Source of the DNA: Octopus sinensis
Lineage: Eukaryota
DNA: 64,000 bases
NCBI RefSeq assembly: GCF_006345805.1
Contig: NC_043006.1
Span: forward strand, 43,958,001-44,022,000
Reading direction: 5' to 3'
Numbering within the stretch: the first letter of the stretch is position 1; each line of letters starts with the position of its first letter. The notes below the pieces were generated by a model. It ran no database searches. It was not told where the DNA came from and worked only from the letters and a program-made list of their open reading frames with translations. The position numbers were made by a program, and so were the translations under genes. Shown here piece by piece: positions 50,645 through 62,730 of the stretch.

Positions 50645-50965
50645 CCTTTTACTCGTTTCAGTCAATGGACAGCAGCCATGCTGTGATGCCCTTTCAAGGA
50701 TTTAGTCAATCAATCAACCCCAGTATTTATTCTAGTTGTCTCTCTTGCTGGACTACTAAGTTACAGGGACATAAACAAACTAATACTGGTTGTCAAGCAG
50801 TGCTGGTGGACAAACAGAAACACAAAGAAAAAACACACACCCAATGGGCTTCCACAGTTTATCTCTTCCAAATTCATTCACAAGGCACTGACTGGCCCAA
50901 ATTCATTCACTAGATATGTGACTTGAAACCCAAACCACGTGGTTTGCAATGTGAGCTTTTTAATC
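50645..50965 (-). mobile_element. SINE family A, old and degraded
   Basis: tttactcgtttcagtc...gccatgctg...ctggttgtcaagc...cacagcc. Confidence 0.7.
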
Positions 50966-51198
50966 ACACAGCCAAATCTAGAATATATTTTCTTACAGAG
51001 TCTGGAGGAAACAGTTGTGCTCATAACCTTTGCAGATCCTCTAAGGTCAGTGAGCTTGATGCCATTAATGTTCTGTTAAAGCTGATGGGGGAAAGACATA
51101 AGTAGCCAAAGGATTCCAGGGGTCTGCATTAACCACTTCTTTCTAGGGAGAAAGAACTGGTTAATGCAGGGCCTGTGTAGAGGATTGGACAAAACAAA

Positions 51199-51231
<33 letters not shown>

Positions 51232-51616
51232 CAGTCAGAGACAGAGATGACTGAGTCAATGGCACTTTAGTGGTGGAGGTACAAGACACCAACTAGCTCC
51301 AACAAAAAGATGCCATTATGATAAAATCTACTTGATATGAAAATATTTAATACTCAGAATTCTTGTTCTTTTAGGGGTTACAATTTACCATTGTTTTAGC
51401 ATCAGTAGTTCTTTAAAAACTACAATGTACATAATAGGATTAAAAATAATAAGATAGATCTGCAGGAGAAATGGAAGAAGAAAATCTAAGATCTAAAGGG
51501 AAGAGGAATATTTTGAATAGTTTATCAAATCACTGGTTTCCGAAAGTTTCGGCTGTTCTAAGTAGTACTAACAAATGAAGAAACATACCAGAAAAATATG
51601 AGCACAATCTTTATAA

Positions 51617-52027
51617 CTCTTTTACTCTTTTATTTGTTTCAGTCATTTGAATGCGGCCATGCTGGAGCACTGCCTTTAGTTGAGCAAATCGACCTCAGGA
51701 CTTATTCTTTTTAAGCCTAGTACTTATTCTATTGGTTTCTTTTGCCGAACCGCTAAATTACAGGGACATAAACACACTACCATCAGTTGTCAAGCCATGT
51801 TGAGGGGACAAACACAGACACACAAACATATAAACGCACATAAATATACATATGTATACATATATACGACGGGCTTCTTTCAGTTTCCATCTACCAAATC
51901 CACTCACATGGCTTTGGTCGGCCCGAGGCTATAGTAGTAGACACTTGCCCAAGGTGCTACGCAGTGGGAATGAACCCGGAACCATGTGGTTGGTAAGCAA
52001 GCTACTTACTACACAGCCACTCCTGTG
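51617..52027 (-). mobile_element. SINE family A, full length
   Basis: Matches the reverse complement of the reference copy. Confidence 0.9.
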
Positions 52028-52057
52028 GCTAACAAAGTATTAAAAAATATAAGAATT

Positions 52058-52165
52058 GGTATGGCTGTGCGGTTAAGAAGCTTGTTTTGCAACTATGAGG
52101 CTTTAGGTTCAATCCCACTGCATGTATCTTCTACTATAGCCCTGAGTGAATTCAGTAGACAGAAA

Positions 52166-52200
<35 letters not shown>

Positions 52201-52400
52201 GTGTGTGTTTGTGACTCTCTACCCCACCACCATTTGACAACTGGTGCTAGTTTGTTTATATTCCCACGATTTAGCAGTTTAGCAAACAAGAATAATGGGA
52301 CAAGCACTAGACTTGAAAATAAGTACTGGAGTCAGTTTGTTTGAAGGTCGTGCTCCAGCATGGCCATAGTCCAGTGACTGAAGCAGGTAAAAGATAAAAG
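52058..52400 (+). mobile_element. SINE family A, head-to-head with the previous copy
   Basis: TATGGCTGTGCGGTTAAGAAG ... GTGACTGAAGCAGGTAAAAGA. Confidence 0.82.
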
Positions 52401-52829
52401 AATGAAAGTACTTGAATTCAATGTGGTAACCAATGGATGTAATACGTATGTTCTCCAGTAATGGCTAACAGCAAAAGCCAACATCTTCACCGAGATAAAT
52501 TGGCGATGGCTTTCTTCAAAGCAACAAAAAGCAGATGTTCCAAGTTCTGTAGAAATATGATGAACTCAGTCTAAAACCCCTGCAATGCTTACAGTTAGTT
52601 TCACTATGAAGAAAATATATATTAAGCAACTTATCATTTCTTGACATGTTGTTGTAAAACAGGTGACAAAACTATTGCATGTTGGAAATTGACAGCGAAC
52701 AAATGTTCAGCACACTATGGATGATAAATTCTAGTAGGGGCTTTCTTTCTGTTACAACAGGCAGAAGATTCTGCCAGAGTACGGTGTATGTTTTAGTGTT
52801 GCAATACGCTTCCTAATGTATTACTTTTT

Positions 52830-53030
52830 ACGAGGAGAAGAGGAGGAGAAGGAGGTGAAGAAGAGGAGAGGAAGAGGGCAGAAGAAGAAGAAGTGGAAGT
52901 AGAAGAAGAAGTGAATGAAGAAGTGGAAGTAGAAGAGGAAGAAGTGAAAGAAGAAGAAGAAGAAGAAGAAGTGGAAGAGATGATGATGATGATGATCAGC
53001 AATAACAACAACAACAGCAGCAGCAGCAAC
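52830..53030. repeat. (GAA/GAG)n-(GAT)n-(CAA/CAG)n compound trinucleotide tract
   Basis: Direct reading. Confidence 0.9.
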
Positions 53031-53462
53031 ACCTCAGCTGAAAATATTGAGATGTTAAGGAAAATTTCAGCTTTCACTTCAATTCCATAAAGGCAAGATG
53101 GAATTTCTATAATTCAAAAATATTTCTGAATATTGGGTGAGTGCAGTGAAAGTGGAAGCTGTTGATAATAAATTTGATAAATGTAAACATATTTCATTGA
53201 TATTGATCAGAACTGCAGGAAATAAATTCTAAACAGAATGTAAAGAATCTTAAAGTTGAAACTATAGTATGCGTGTAAATGTTTGTTGCTTTTTGAAAAA
53301 TCATTATAGAATGGCAAATCTCATGCCTAAAATAAACTCTTATATACAATATAATAGCATTCTTGAGAAAAGTTACATAAGTGTTTGAGCCAAATAGTAA
53401 ATAATTGAATGCTTGGTAATCCAGAAACTAATCTAAGTTGCAAAACAAGTCACCTTTATAGA

Positions 53463-53620
53463 AGCAGTCGTGCTAGGTGGTAAGAAGTTTGCTTCACAAC
53501 CACATGGTTCTGGGTTCAGTCCCACTGCATGGTACCTTGGGCAAGTGTCATACTATAGCCCCAGGCTGGCCAAAGCCTTATGAGCAGATTTGGTAAACAC
53601 AAACTGAAAGAAACTCATGC
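53463..53620 (+). mobile_element. SINE family A, head only
   Basis: GGTGGTAAGAAG...GGGTTCAGTCCCACTGC...CCTTGGGCAAGTG. Confidence 0.8.
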
Positions 53621-53629
53621 ATGTATGTA

Positions 53630-54187
53630 TGTATGTTATAATTTTGGTTTGTCTCAGATTTGGTCTTATTCCTGGTAGGGATTATGTGGATAGTAGGTTA
53701 CTACCTGTAACCTATTTCTTTACTACCCACAAGGGGCTAAACACAGAGAGGTCAAACAAAGACAGACAAACGAATTAAGTCGATTACATCGACCCCAGTG
53801 CGTAACTGGTACTTAATTTATCAACCCCCAAAGGATGAAAGGCAAAGTCGACTTCGGTGGAATTTGAACTCAGAACGTAACGGCAGCCAAAATATGGCTA
53901 CGCATTTCCCCCAGCATGCTACTGCTTCTGCCAGCTCGCTGCCTTTTACTACCTGTAACCTTAGGCATCTACAAGTTTTCAGGAGTCTTTCAAGTGCTTA
54001 GAACCCTCCTGAAAATCCTTGTTCCTAAAGGACAAACTTCCTGTAGGAGCTCTACCGGGCATTCTATTTCAATCTCCTTCAATCACTTGTCTATATCTTG
54101 GCTTACTGTCCCCAAAGCACCAATTATTATAGACATGATCTTTACTGTTCGAATGCTCCAAATTCTTCCTATTTCAAATTTTAGGGA
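53630..54187 (-). mobile_element. 5'-truncated RLE-type (R4/Dong-like) LINE 3' end, with a SINE B in its 3' UTR
   Basis: 53990-54187 (-) reads SLKFEIGRIWSIRTVKIMSIIIGALGTVSQDIDK*LKEIEIECPVELLQEVCPLGTRIFRRVLST*; a (TAA)n tract directly abuts the 5' junction. Confidence 0.78.
53714..53945 (-). mobile_element. SINE family B (B1 tail), full length with TSD
   Basis: Perfect 16-bp direct repeat TTACTACCTGTAACCT at 53698-53713 and 53946-53961. Confidence 0.93.
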
Positions 54188-54417
54188 ATTATTATTATTA
54201 TATTATTATTATTATATTATTATTATTATTATTATCTAAAAGTTTGGTTCAACTCCATGAGACTTAAAGCTTTGCAGGCTTCTAACAGAAACTTAGCTCA
54301 TTCAGGCTCAGGTTATCATATTAGAAATCTAAATGTAATAACATGTTTTAAAAGAAATTTAAAGTGCCTATGTGATAAATGTAAACCTACTTTTGGGCCA
54401 CCCTGTATACACACATA

Positions 54418-54640
54418 CGTGTGTGTTTATTTGTCCCCCACAACTGCTTGACAACTAGTATTGGTTTGTTTACATCCAAGTGTAACCTAGCAGTTCAGCT
54501 TAAGAGACTGACAGAATAAGCACCAGGATTTTTTAAAAATATTCATGCAGGGGGGGGGTCTATTTGTTCAGCTAAAACCCTTTAAGGCAATACCCCAGCA
54601 TGGCCACAGTCCAATGACCAAAACAAGTAAAAGATAGAAT
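54418..54640 (+). mobile_element. SINE family A, 3' half
   Basis: tttgtccccc...gcttgacaac...ccagcatggccacagtccaatgaccaaaacaagtaaaaga. Confidence 0.8.
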
Positions 54641-55004
54641 GATTCACAATGATGTATCTTTAGATTGGTACAAATTAAAGTACTTCATGGAGACATCTCC
54701 ATGGAACAAACGTGCACCACACTTCTTGAGAACCGCATTCATTTGCATCATAAAAAGAAACAAATTAGAAATCCGTTCTGATTACGCCTACCTTAATAAA
54801 CCGAGGTTAAACTGGGAAGAGTCAAAGAACTATGGAAATATAATTCCAGAACAGAGTTAAATGGAAATGCTACACTCTGGAGATATCTGATCAGAGATGT
54901 GCAAATGGAAAGACTTAGGAAGGCGAGAGAGTAAGACTGCAAAGTGTTGAATGTTGGGATTCTCAAAACTCAAGATAAATAACAGGTATGATAGATAAAT
55001 ATAC

Positions 55005-55095
55005 TTTTCTATTCTAGGCACAAGGCCTGAAATTTTGAGGGAGGGTGCCAGTCGATTAGATCGACCCCAGTACACAACTGGTACTTAATTTATCA
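55005..55095 (-). mobile_element. SINE family B (B2) 3' fragment
   Basis: ctaggcacaaggcctgaaattt...gatcgaccccagtacacaactggtacttaatttatc. Confidence 0.75.
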
Positions 55096-55494
55096 TTCCC
55101 CCCACCCCGCAAGCACCAGCTGCATACTGGGATTGATCTGTTTATTTTTCTCTTTCAGTAACTGGATTCTTCCAGGCTTTCCTAGGCCTTCTTTCGATTT
55201 CTCTTTGCGTTGCCTACTTATACCCTTGAAGCAGATACCATATAAATGCATTAACTGTCTATCTCAATGCAGCTGCGTCTTGTACTATGCACATATATAT
55301 ATATACATATATCAGATGAAGATTTTAATGCCAAGACACCTCTTTGTCCTAAAAGCTCTCCAATTTCCAGGCAAGCTAATGCTACAGGACATCATATCAA
55401 ATAATAATTTGAGGCTATATGTGAAAAATATGACACTTGTAAAACAACTAAAGAATAAAGTGGACTAGTGGGTTCATGAAAATTTCCTTCAAAT

Positions 55495-55895
55495 CATGCC
55501 GGTGGCACATAAAAAGCACCATTCGAGGGTGGTTGATGCCAGTGTCACCTTACTGGCTCCCATGACAATGGCGTATAAAAAGCACTATTCGAGAGTGGTT
55601 GGTGCCAGTGTCACTTGACTGGCTCCCATTAGTGGCACATAAAAAGCACCATCCAAGCATGGTTGATGCTAGTGTTGCCTAACTGTCCCTCCATGCCAAT
55701 GGCACATAAAAAGCACCCAACTGCACTCTCAGAGTAGTTGGCATTAGGAAGGGCATCCAGCTGTAGAAACTTTGCCAGATCAGATTAGAGCCTGGTGTAG
55801 CCTCCTGGCTTAGCAGTCCTCAGTCAAACTGTCCAACCCATGCCAGCATGGAAAGTAGACATTAAATGACGATGATGTTGATGCTGATGATGATG
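55495..55895 (+). mobile_element. Family C repeat with a 5' tandem array of ~65-bp units and an RTE-like tail
   Basis: GGC(A/G)(C/T)ATAAAAAGCAC anchors at 55504, 55570, 55634 and 55701; GGAAGGGCATCCAGCTGTAGAAA; tail CCCATGCCAGCATGG...(GAT)n. Confidence 0.85.
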
Positions 55896-55979
55896 ATGGT
55901 GGTTATCCAATTGATGGAGTACTATTCTAGCAACAACTAATCTCAGAAGTTCCAGATATGTAACTTAATTGAGATATGA

Positions 55980-56200
55980 AGCTGATGTACCCTTAAGGTA
56001 GTTCGCAGGGAGACTCAGAATATGACACAGAATATGACAAGAATGGGCTTTTTAATTACAGGTACAACTCATTTTTGCCAGCTAGAACAATGTAAAATAA
56101 AGTGTCTTACTCAAGAAGACAATGCACCATAAGGAATCGAACTTATAACCTAACAATCGTGAGCTGAATAATCTAACCACTGAGTCACATGTCTTCACCA
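55980..56200 (-). mobile_element. Additional tRNA-derived SINE (family G)
   Basis: Reverse complement: TGACTCAGTGGTTAG (A box) ... AAGTTCGATTCC (B box) ... TTGAGTAAGACACTT. Confidence 0.7.
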
Positions 56201-56261
56201 AAAGTTAAATATGTCAACACAATATATCCAACCTTGAGATATTTTTTTATCTGTAAAACAA

Positions 56262-56310
<49 letters not shown>

Positions 56311-57239
56311 GCACAACAACTTGAACTGACTACCTTTTTCAACCAAGGCAAGCAAACCATCAACAACTCGCTCCTAGCAAGCACACGAACTAAAATAACA
56401 TTTCAGCCTTTAAGATAATGAAATTGAAATTTTCATAAGAACTACTTCCAGTAAAACTTTAATTGTATTTTTGTCAGCAAGATAATGTTGTTGTCGCTAA
56501 ATACCTCGCACATCATAATTTTAACTGTCATTAACTGACACCATTTTAAAATGTAGTTACAAGGTTTCTTTTCTTCGATAGTATTTGATTTGAAATCACT
56601 TAGAATTATATCCATTAGATTTTACGCTGATAGTAAGCACGAGGTAAATTTGACTGGAGATAATATCTATTTAATGGTACTTCAATGCCACTACAATAAC
56701 AATCTAAATTACTAGTTTTTCTTATGAATTCTTGATTTTCACAATTTGTAATGACAGAAAATTTATCCTGTTTGTATTAGTTAAAAACCCCTTTTAATAA
56801 AAGCAAAAACACTAAAAGAGTCGTAATGTCGCAATGAGTTGCAAAATGAAATGAATAAACTATTTATAGTGAAAGATGTAAAGTTGAGAATAAGGAAATC
56901 AATTTTATGAGAGGAATAAAAATATAGATGTTAGTAATGAATACAGTTTTAGAATATTTTATTTATCTGCATATTTAAGTCTTCAGATCTGGAATGAGTT
57001 TCTAAAAATTATAGCAAGTATTAAATTTAAAGTTTAAAAAAAAAAAGAAAAAGTAGATCTTTTTTTAAAAAAAAAAAAACTGTTTTTAAAACCTTTCAAT
57101 TAAAATACTTAAATCCGATGAGGAGAGAGAAAATTGACAAGTAAAATCTTTCTGATTGAGCTATTAATACATCACACACACACAAACATATTCACTCATG
57201 CACACATCTAGATGCAGTGTGTTTATAGACTATATATGG

Positions 57240-57420
<181 letters not shown>

Positions 57421-57599
57421 CTTATATGTGTATGTTTTTATACATACTTATATGTATGTATATTATACACGCATACAAATGCATATTAAACAATGAATGT
57501 GAAAGGAAAAAGGAAGGAAAAGTTTTAACAAATACATAAATGTGTGTGTGTGTGTGTGTGTGTGTGTACGCTCACACATGATGTAGTAGTGTAAGCCAT

Positions 57600-57775
57600 T
57601 CCAAATGGATGGAACCTATGGAAATGGAAGGGCAAGGAACACATAAGATGAAAGGAGTGATGCAAACTGACCTCAGGGTTTTGAACTTCATAGAGGGGAT
57701 GACAGGAGACCATGATGATTGATGACATATAAATGCTGGAGAGGACCATCCCAGCCATGATAGCATGGCAAAACA
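57600..57775 (+). mobile_element. RTE LINE 3' end remnant
   Basis: Homologous to 62530-62690 (GTGATG(C/A)A...CT(G/A)A(C/T)CTCA...AGATGACAG or GGATGACAG...CCATG(A/C)(T/A)AGCATGG). Confidence 0.6.
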
Positions 57776-58426
57776 ATGAAAAAGTGATGGAGCATGTGAG
57801 GCATAATATTTGAGTCTCTCGCCTAAATATGTTCTCAATTTTTCTACCTATATCTGCTGCCTTTCCAGCTTCTTGATACCTTTTCCCCAGACTATCTTTT
57901 CCATCACTTATTTTTCTATCACGCATTTGTCTACATGCTCCTGTTCGAATTCTGGAAGATAGCGAATCTTTTCCAATTTTCTCTGTCTACCATATCGCTC
58001 AAGCAGGGATATCTTTGGACTTATCCAGTAATCTCATCTTTGTGACACTCGCACATCTCTCTCATTGGGCAACGCTGCATGCATAAGGAGAGATGACACT
58101 GGACCTACATGTACTGAAACCACCACCACAACAACAACAACAACAGAAGCCATCATCAATCTTTCTACAAAGCCAACATTCCCTCCTCCCTCTGACCTCT
58201 CACACCCATCCACTCTCTGGTCAGACAGGAAGTTGAAACTTCCCACCAAGTTTTGCATCTGCAATGCTCGTGTCATCACATCCTAGTTTATATTCATCTT
58301 CGACGTGGATCCTTGTGTCAAAAAACACTTGAAAGGATTTTTACCAGACGTTTCTAAACATCAACAATATTATTTTTTTAATGTTCACTTTTCCATGTTT
58401 GCATAACTTGGACAAGTGAATTTTCT

Positions 58427-58660
58427 TATTTCTTTATTGCCCACAAGGGGCTAAACACAGAGGGGACAAACAAGGACAGTCAAAGGGATTAAGTCAATTA
58501 CATCGTCCCCAGTGCATAACTGGTACTTAATTTATCGACCTTGAAAGGATGAAAGGCAAAGTTAACCTCGGCGGAATTTGAACTTAGAACGTAACTGCAG
58601 ACGAAATACCACTAAGCATTTCACCCAGCATGCTAACATTTCTGCCACCATGACGCCTTA
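58427..58660 (-). mobile_element. SINE family B (B1 tail), full length with TSD
   Basis: ACA(A/G)GTGAATTTTCT at 58412-58426 and 58661-58675 (14/15 identical). Confidence 0.9.
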
Positions 58661-58814
58661 ACAGGTGAATTTTCTATAGCTGAACACCCTTCCATCACCA
58701 ACTCTAACATGTTTCCAAACAAGATAATATTTCCACATAGCCAGACATGTTTTCACAGAATATTGGAAATGAACGACATCCATTTGCAAGAATCAAGGGA
58801 AGTCAGGACAAGGA

Positions 58815-58955
58815 GCGACATACACGACAGGTTTCCTTCAGTTTCTGTCTACCAAATACACTCACAAGGATTTGGACAACCCATGGCAATGGAAGTAAAC
58901 TGAACCTGAAATCATATGATTGGGAAGCACACTTCTAGAACCACACAGCCATACC
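58815..58955 (-). mobile_element. SINE family A head, degraded
   Basis: cagtttctgtctaccaaatacactcacaagg...ccacacagccat. Confidence 0.7.
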
Positions 58956-59012
58956 CGCTGGAAATCTTTTACGTGAAAAACAGAAGTACAAGAAAGAGCA
59001 GCTTGTCTGAAT

Positions 59013-59204
59013 ATGAAAGTTTGCTTCGTCAAATATAATATGCAGTGGGTTGAACATATCTGGTTTTATGATCACAGATTTCTGAAGGAATTATTTTATA
59101 GTAAATTAATTCTCAGTAAGCGCCTCCAGCGCAAATCCAAAAAGATATTTCATGGCATCACAAAAGACAACATTAAGACCTTGAACAGCAGCTCTGTTAA
59201 TTAG
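59013..59204 (+). mobile_element. RTE-clade LINE C-terminal remnant (track ORF 59013-59204)
   Basis: QWVEHIWFYDHRFLKELFYSKLILSKRLQRKSKKIFHGITKDNIK resembles LRWAGHVxRMxDxRLPKxLFYGELxxGKRxxGRPKKRFKDxLKxxLK. Confidence 0.6.
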
Positions 59205-59899
59205 GAACATTTCATGCTGAAATGTAGCAAATGAAAAAGAATAGCCTGCAGTTCAACATAAGTCAAATTTTCCTTCGAACCAATGAGACACAAGGCACAA
59301 AAGCTGCAGTCATTTGAAAAAATTCAATGAATTGTCTTCTGTATAATCACTCAATCTGCTCCATGCCACAGATTAATCTTTCTTTAGGAAACAGTTCAGC
59401 ATCTCTAAAATGATAACCCACTCTTATATATTGCACAATCCCCTGCTTCTTGATCTATCCTCCCTGAGCCACATCTTTCTCTCCCATCTTACCCCTTCAT
59501 CTTTGTTCATCACTCCTTACATTCACCCCTACCCCCATCTCCAACCATCTGTCACTCTACCCTCATGCACTTATGAAACTACCCCCTCCACTGATCCATT
59601 GCCCGCACCCTCTCTAACTTTCACCTTCTTGTACTTTGTGGGTTTGCTCTGGCACCCACCTCACTATCATCTTAACTTCTCAACCACCGTCACACAACCT
59701 TATATAATGCAGGGTGGTCATGCATCTTCACTATAGTAGCAAGACACCTGCAGCTGTCCTTCTATTTCACTTTAGCCTCTCAACATCTGGTCTAAAACCA
59801 CCTCCCACTCTTTAACCCTCCCTCCTACTTAGTCAAGGAAGCTTTTTCTTTTTCCTGCTCTTCTCCTGCCTTGTAAACTACTCAGCCACCTCACTAGTG

Positions 59900-60065
59900 C
59901 TGGTGGCCCAAGAAAAGCACCTGGTACATACTAGGAAGAGGTTAGTGTTAGGAAGGACATCCAGCTGTAGAGGCCATACCAAAACTGATGTTGGAATTCA
60001 ATGCAGCCCTGTGGCTTGCTGGATTCTGTCATGCCATCCAACTTATGCCAGTATGGAAACAGTGT
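59900..60065 (+). mobile_element. Family C fragment
   Basis: AAAAGCACC...TTAGGAAGGACATCCAGCTGTAG...ATGCCAGTATGGAAA. Confidence 0.75.
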
Positions 60066-60189
60066 GGTGAAAGATCTAAACCCCACAAATAATGATGGGA
60101 TGGCTAAAGTCACAAATTTTGTCAAACAATTAAGCCCAACACAACACAATATGCTGCATATCTTGCACTGCTTGTTACTATTGTTGCTG

Positions 60190-60400
60190 TTGTTGTTGTT
60201 GTTGTTGTTAAGGTATGAGTCAGCTCTGATCGAGAAAACTTATGATCAAAAGCATTCCACCACTGACTTTTCCATTCTTTTTTAGACATAGTGTCACTAT
60301 GACTATATTATCCAATACATTTTTCTTCATAAGATGTTAAGATGTGGGTTGAGAGAGATTTGACTGCCATTTCTAATGAGTCAATTAACCATGTAGACGT
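60190..60400 (+). repeat. Unclassified repeat family E (related fragments at about 4255-4620, 30815-30960 and 41010-41200)
   Basis: (TTG)n lead-in, GATCAAA(A/G)(G/A)CATTCCA and (G)ATTTG(G/A)(C/T)(T/A)GC(T/C)ATTTCTA motifs recur, most clearly between the 30.8- and 60.2-kb copies. Confidence 0.45.
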
Positions 60401-61487
60401 TCTCTTGCTGGCTCTAAAATCATATTTGCTTATCTATCGTACAGAATATATGAAGGTATCTTAGTTTTTTGTGTGCATCGTTATTATTAGCATCGTGAAA
60501 TTCTGCACCATAGAGGATCCAGATTTAATCTCAGTGTCATGCAAACAGTGTATAGTTTCTTTACAATCCTCTGTAAAAATATGCCTGGCCACCGAACTGC
60601 CCATCATTCAAAAGAGACAGGGAAATATTACCTTACATGGAAACAGGTGAAGATCAATAACAAGAAGACCATCTGTCTGTAGAAGAAACTGCTTCAACAA
60701 TTTATCCGACCCATGCAAGCTTCAAGATGTTGATTTTAAAAAACGTTGATCACCATCATCACTACAATCATGAGGGGTTCTGTGTATGCGTGTGTGTATT
60801 TTATATAAGGCATATGTCTGTATATATATGTACCATCGCACACACACACACACACACACAAGGATATATGTATACATATATTCTGAAAAGAACTCGGTAT
60901 TAATGTTTCTTTTTACTGACTATACTATATAATTTAACAATAAGAGAATTGAATGTTAATTTTGTATTTTGATTACTTTTTTTTTCAGACTTGAGCGTGA
61001 TGCGCTCATTTTAACTGAAAGTTGTGTTTGGCTTCAGCTTGTTGCAACAGGTTTCACTTTATCCAATGTTTATAAATAACGTATATCGTATTGTCAGTTT
61101 TGAACAAAATGAAAAGGAGGGGAAAAAAAAGAGAGAGAGAGAGGGAGATGAATGATGAAAAAAAGGACAATTTGCTGCAAAGCTACATTTGAAAACAATT
61201 GAATATCCACTTAGAGATAGGGAAAGAGAGAAAGTGGAAGAGAGAGGGTGTGTGTGTGTTAGAAATAGAGAGGGAGAGAAAAAAAACAGAGTGAGCCAAA
61301 CTGTCAATAAGTACATGTGCACGTGTGCGCAAGCTCACAAACATGCATACACACGCTACATGTCTCACTGCACCAACTACATCAGCTCAACTTTTACACC
61401 AGCGCAACCCTGTGTCATTTGGTTACCCGAAAGCATAAATAATATTTACAGACAACAAAGCCTTTTAATACACACACACACACACAC

Positions 61488-61530
<43 letters not shown>

Positions 61531-61619
61531 CCACTACTCAGACCACATCTTCTTAGTGGGAAACCTTTACTTTTTTGCCTCTTCTATTCTTGTTCTGCAA
61601 GTTTACACAGCAACCTCAC

Positions 61620-61800
61620 TAGCATTGGTGGCACACGAAAAAAGGCACCCAGTACACTCTGTAAACTGATTTGCGTTAGGAAGAGCGTCCAGTCATAGAA
61701 ACCATACCAAAGTTGACACTGCAGCTTGACATGGCCTTGGAACTCACCAAATCTTGTCAAACCCAACCAGCATGGAAAATGGACATCAAAATAATAATGA
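61620..61800 (+). mobile_element. Family C fragment
   Basis: GGCAC...AAGGCACCC...GCGTTAGGAAGAGCGTCCAG...CCAGCATGGAAAATGGACATC. Confidence 0.78.
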
Positions 61801-62169
61801 CTCTGTGCTTGGGGTGGGGTAGATACACACACACACACACACACACACACAATCAATGTTTGTGTGGGTGAAGTAACTGTAACAACATCAGAAAAAAAGT
61901 TAATATGGCTTAGAGAATTAGAGGATTCTAAGAACTTTTCAATCCAGAGATCCCAATCTTTCTGTCCATCTATTCTCAATATTTTCACTGTCTCAGATAA
62001 TTGTTGTTTGCTGTAGTCTATCCATTCCAAACAAAGTCATTATCAGAATTGAGGCATCTCAGAGGCTAAATTACAAAATAAATAAATAAATTGCATGCTA
62101 GGCCTTGATAGTGGGACTATTTCAAAATACTATTCTTTACAATGTTATTATGGATGTTACCTGGTAATC

Positions 62170-62341
62170 AACATCATCATCATCGTTTAACGTCCGCTTT
62201 CCATGCTAGCACGGGTTGGACGGTTCAATTGGGGTCTGGGAAGCCAGAAGGCTGCACCAGGCCCAGTCTGATCTGGCAGTGTTTCTACAGCTGGATGCCC
62301 TTCCTAACGCCAACCACTCTGTGAGTGTAGTGGGTGCTTTA
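62170..62341 (-). mobile_element. Family C, well-preserved 3' part
   Basis: (CAT)n-CGTTTAACGTCCGCTTTCCATGCTAGCACGGGTTGGACGG...GCTGGATGCCCTTCCTAACGCCAACCACTC. Confidence 0.88.
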
Positions 62342-62419
62342 AGGTCCAAAAAAATGGGGAAAGAAATGAGACTAGTATGTTTTGTTGCAAATTAAATATC
62401 AGTCTGAAGGTGAATGATG

Positions 62420-62730
62420 GAGAAGGACAAGTAAGCTGAGAGAAAAGCTGGATACAAGAGGAATCAGACGTACTGGGAAGAAGACGTGTGATGCATATGA
62501 AGGAAAAGAAGTGGCAAGTGATCGGACTGGAAGGACCCTGAGTCAGGAAAAAGACTAGGGAAGATATGGGAAAATGTGATGAAGGCTAATCTCAAATAGT
62601 AAACTTCATGAAGAAGATGACAGAGGACCACAAGTGGCAAGATGTTATGTAGGAGAAGGCTCGTTCAATCCATGCAAGCATGGATAACAGACATAAGATA
62701 GTAGTAATGATGATGATGATGATGATGATG
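62420..62730 (+). mobile_element. RTE LINE 3' end with a (GAT)n tail
   Basis: Frameshifted LREKLDTRGIR ... GKRLGKIWENVMKANLK (GRPRKTW-like), ending TCAATCCATGCAAGCATGG...(GAT)n. Confidence 0.68.

Noticed and set aside
52793-53090. Poly-Glu / poly-Ser ORFs
   Set aside because: Compound trinucleotide tract with no convincing splice context or recognisable domain.
54300-54407. Mariner-like end (reverse complement CAGGGTGGCCCAAAAGTAGG plus TA)
   Set aside because: Only one terminus was found, so the element cannot be delimited.
55504-55720. CRISPR-like array (GGCACATAAAAAGCACC every ~65 bp)
   Set aside because: The 'spacers' are homologous to each other, the array is part of family C, there are no cas genes and the DNA is eukaryotic.
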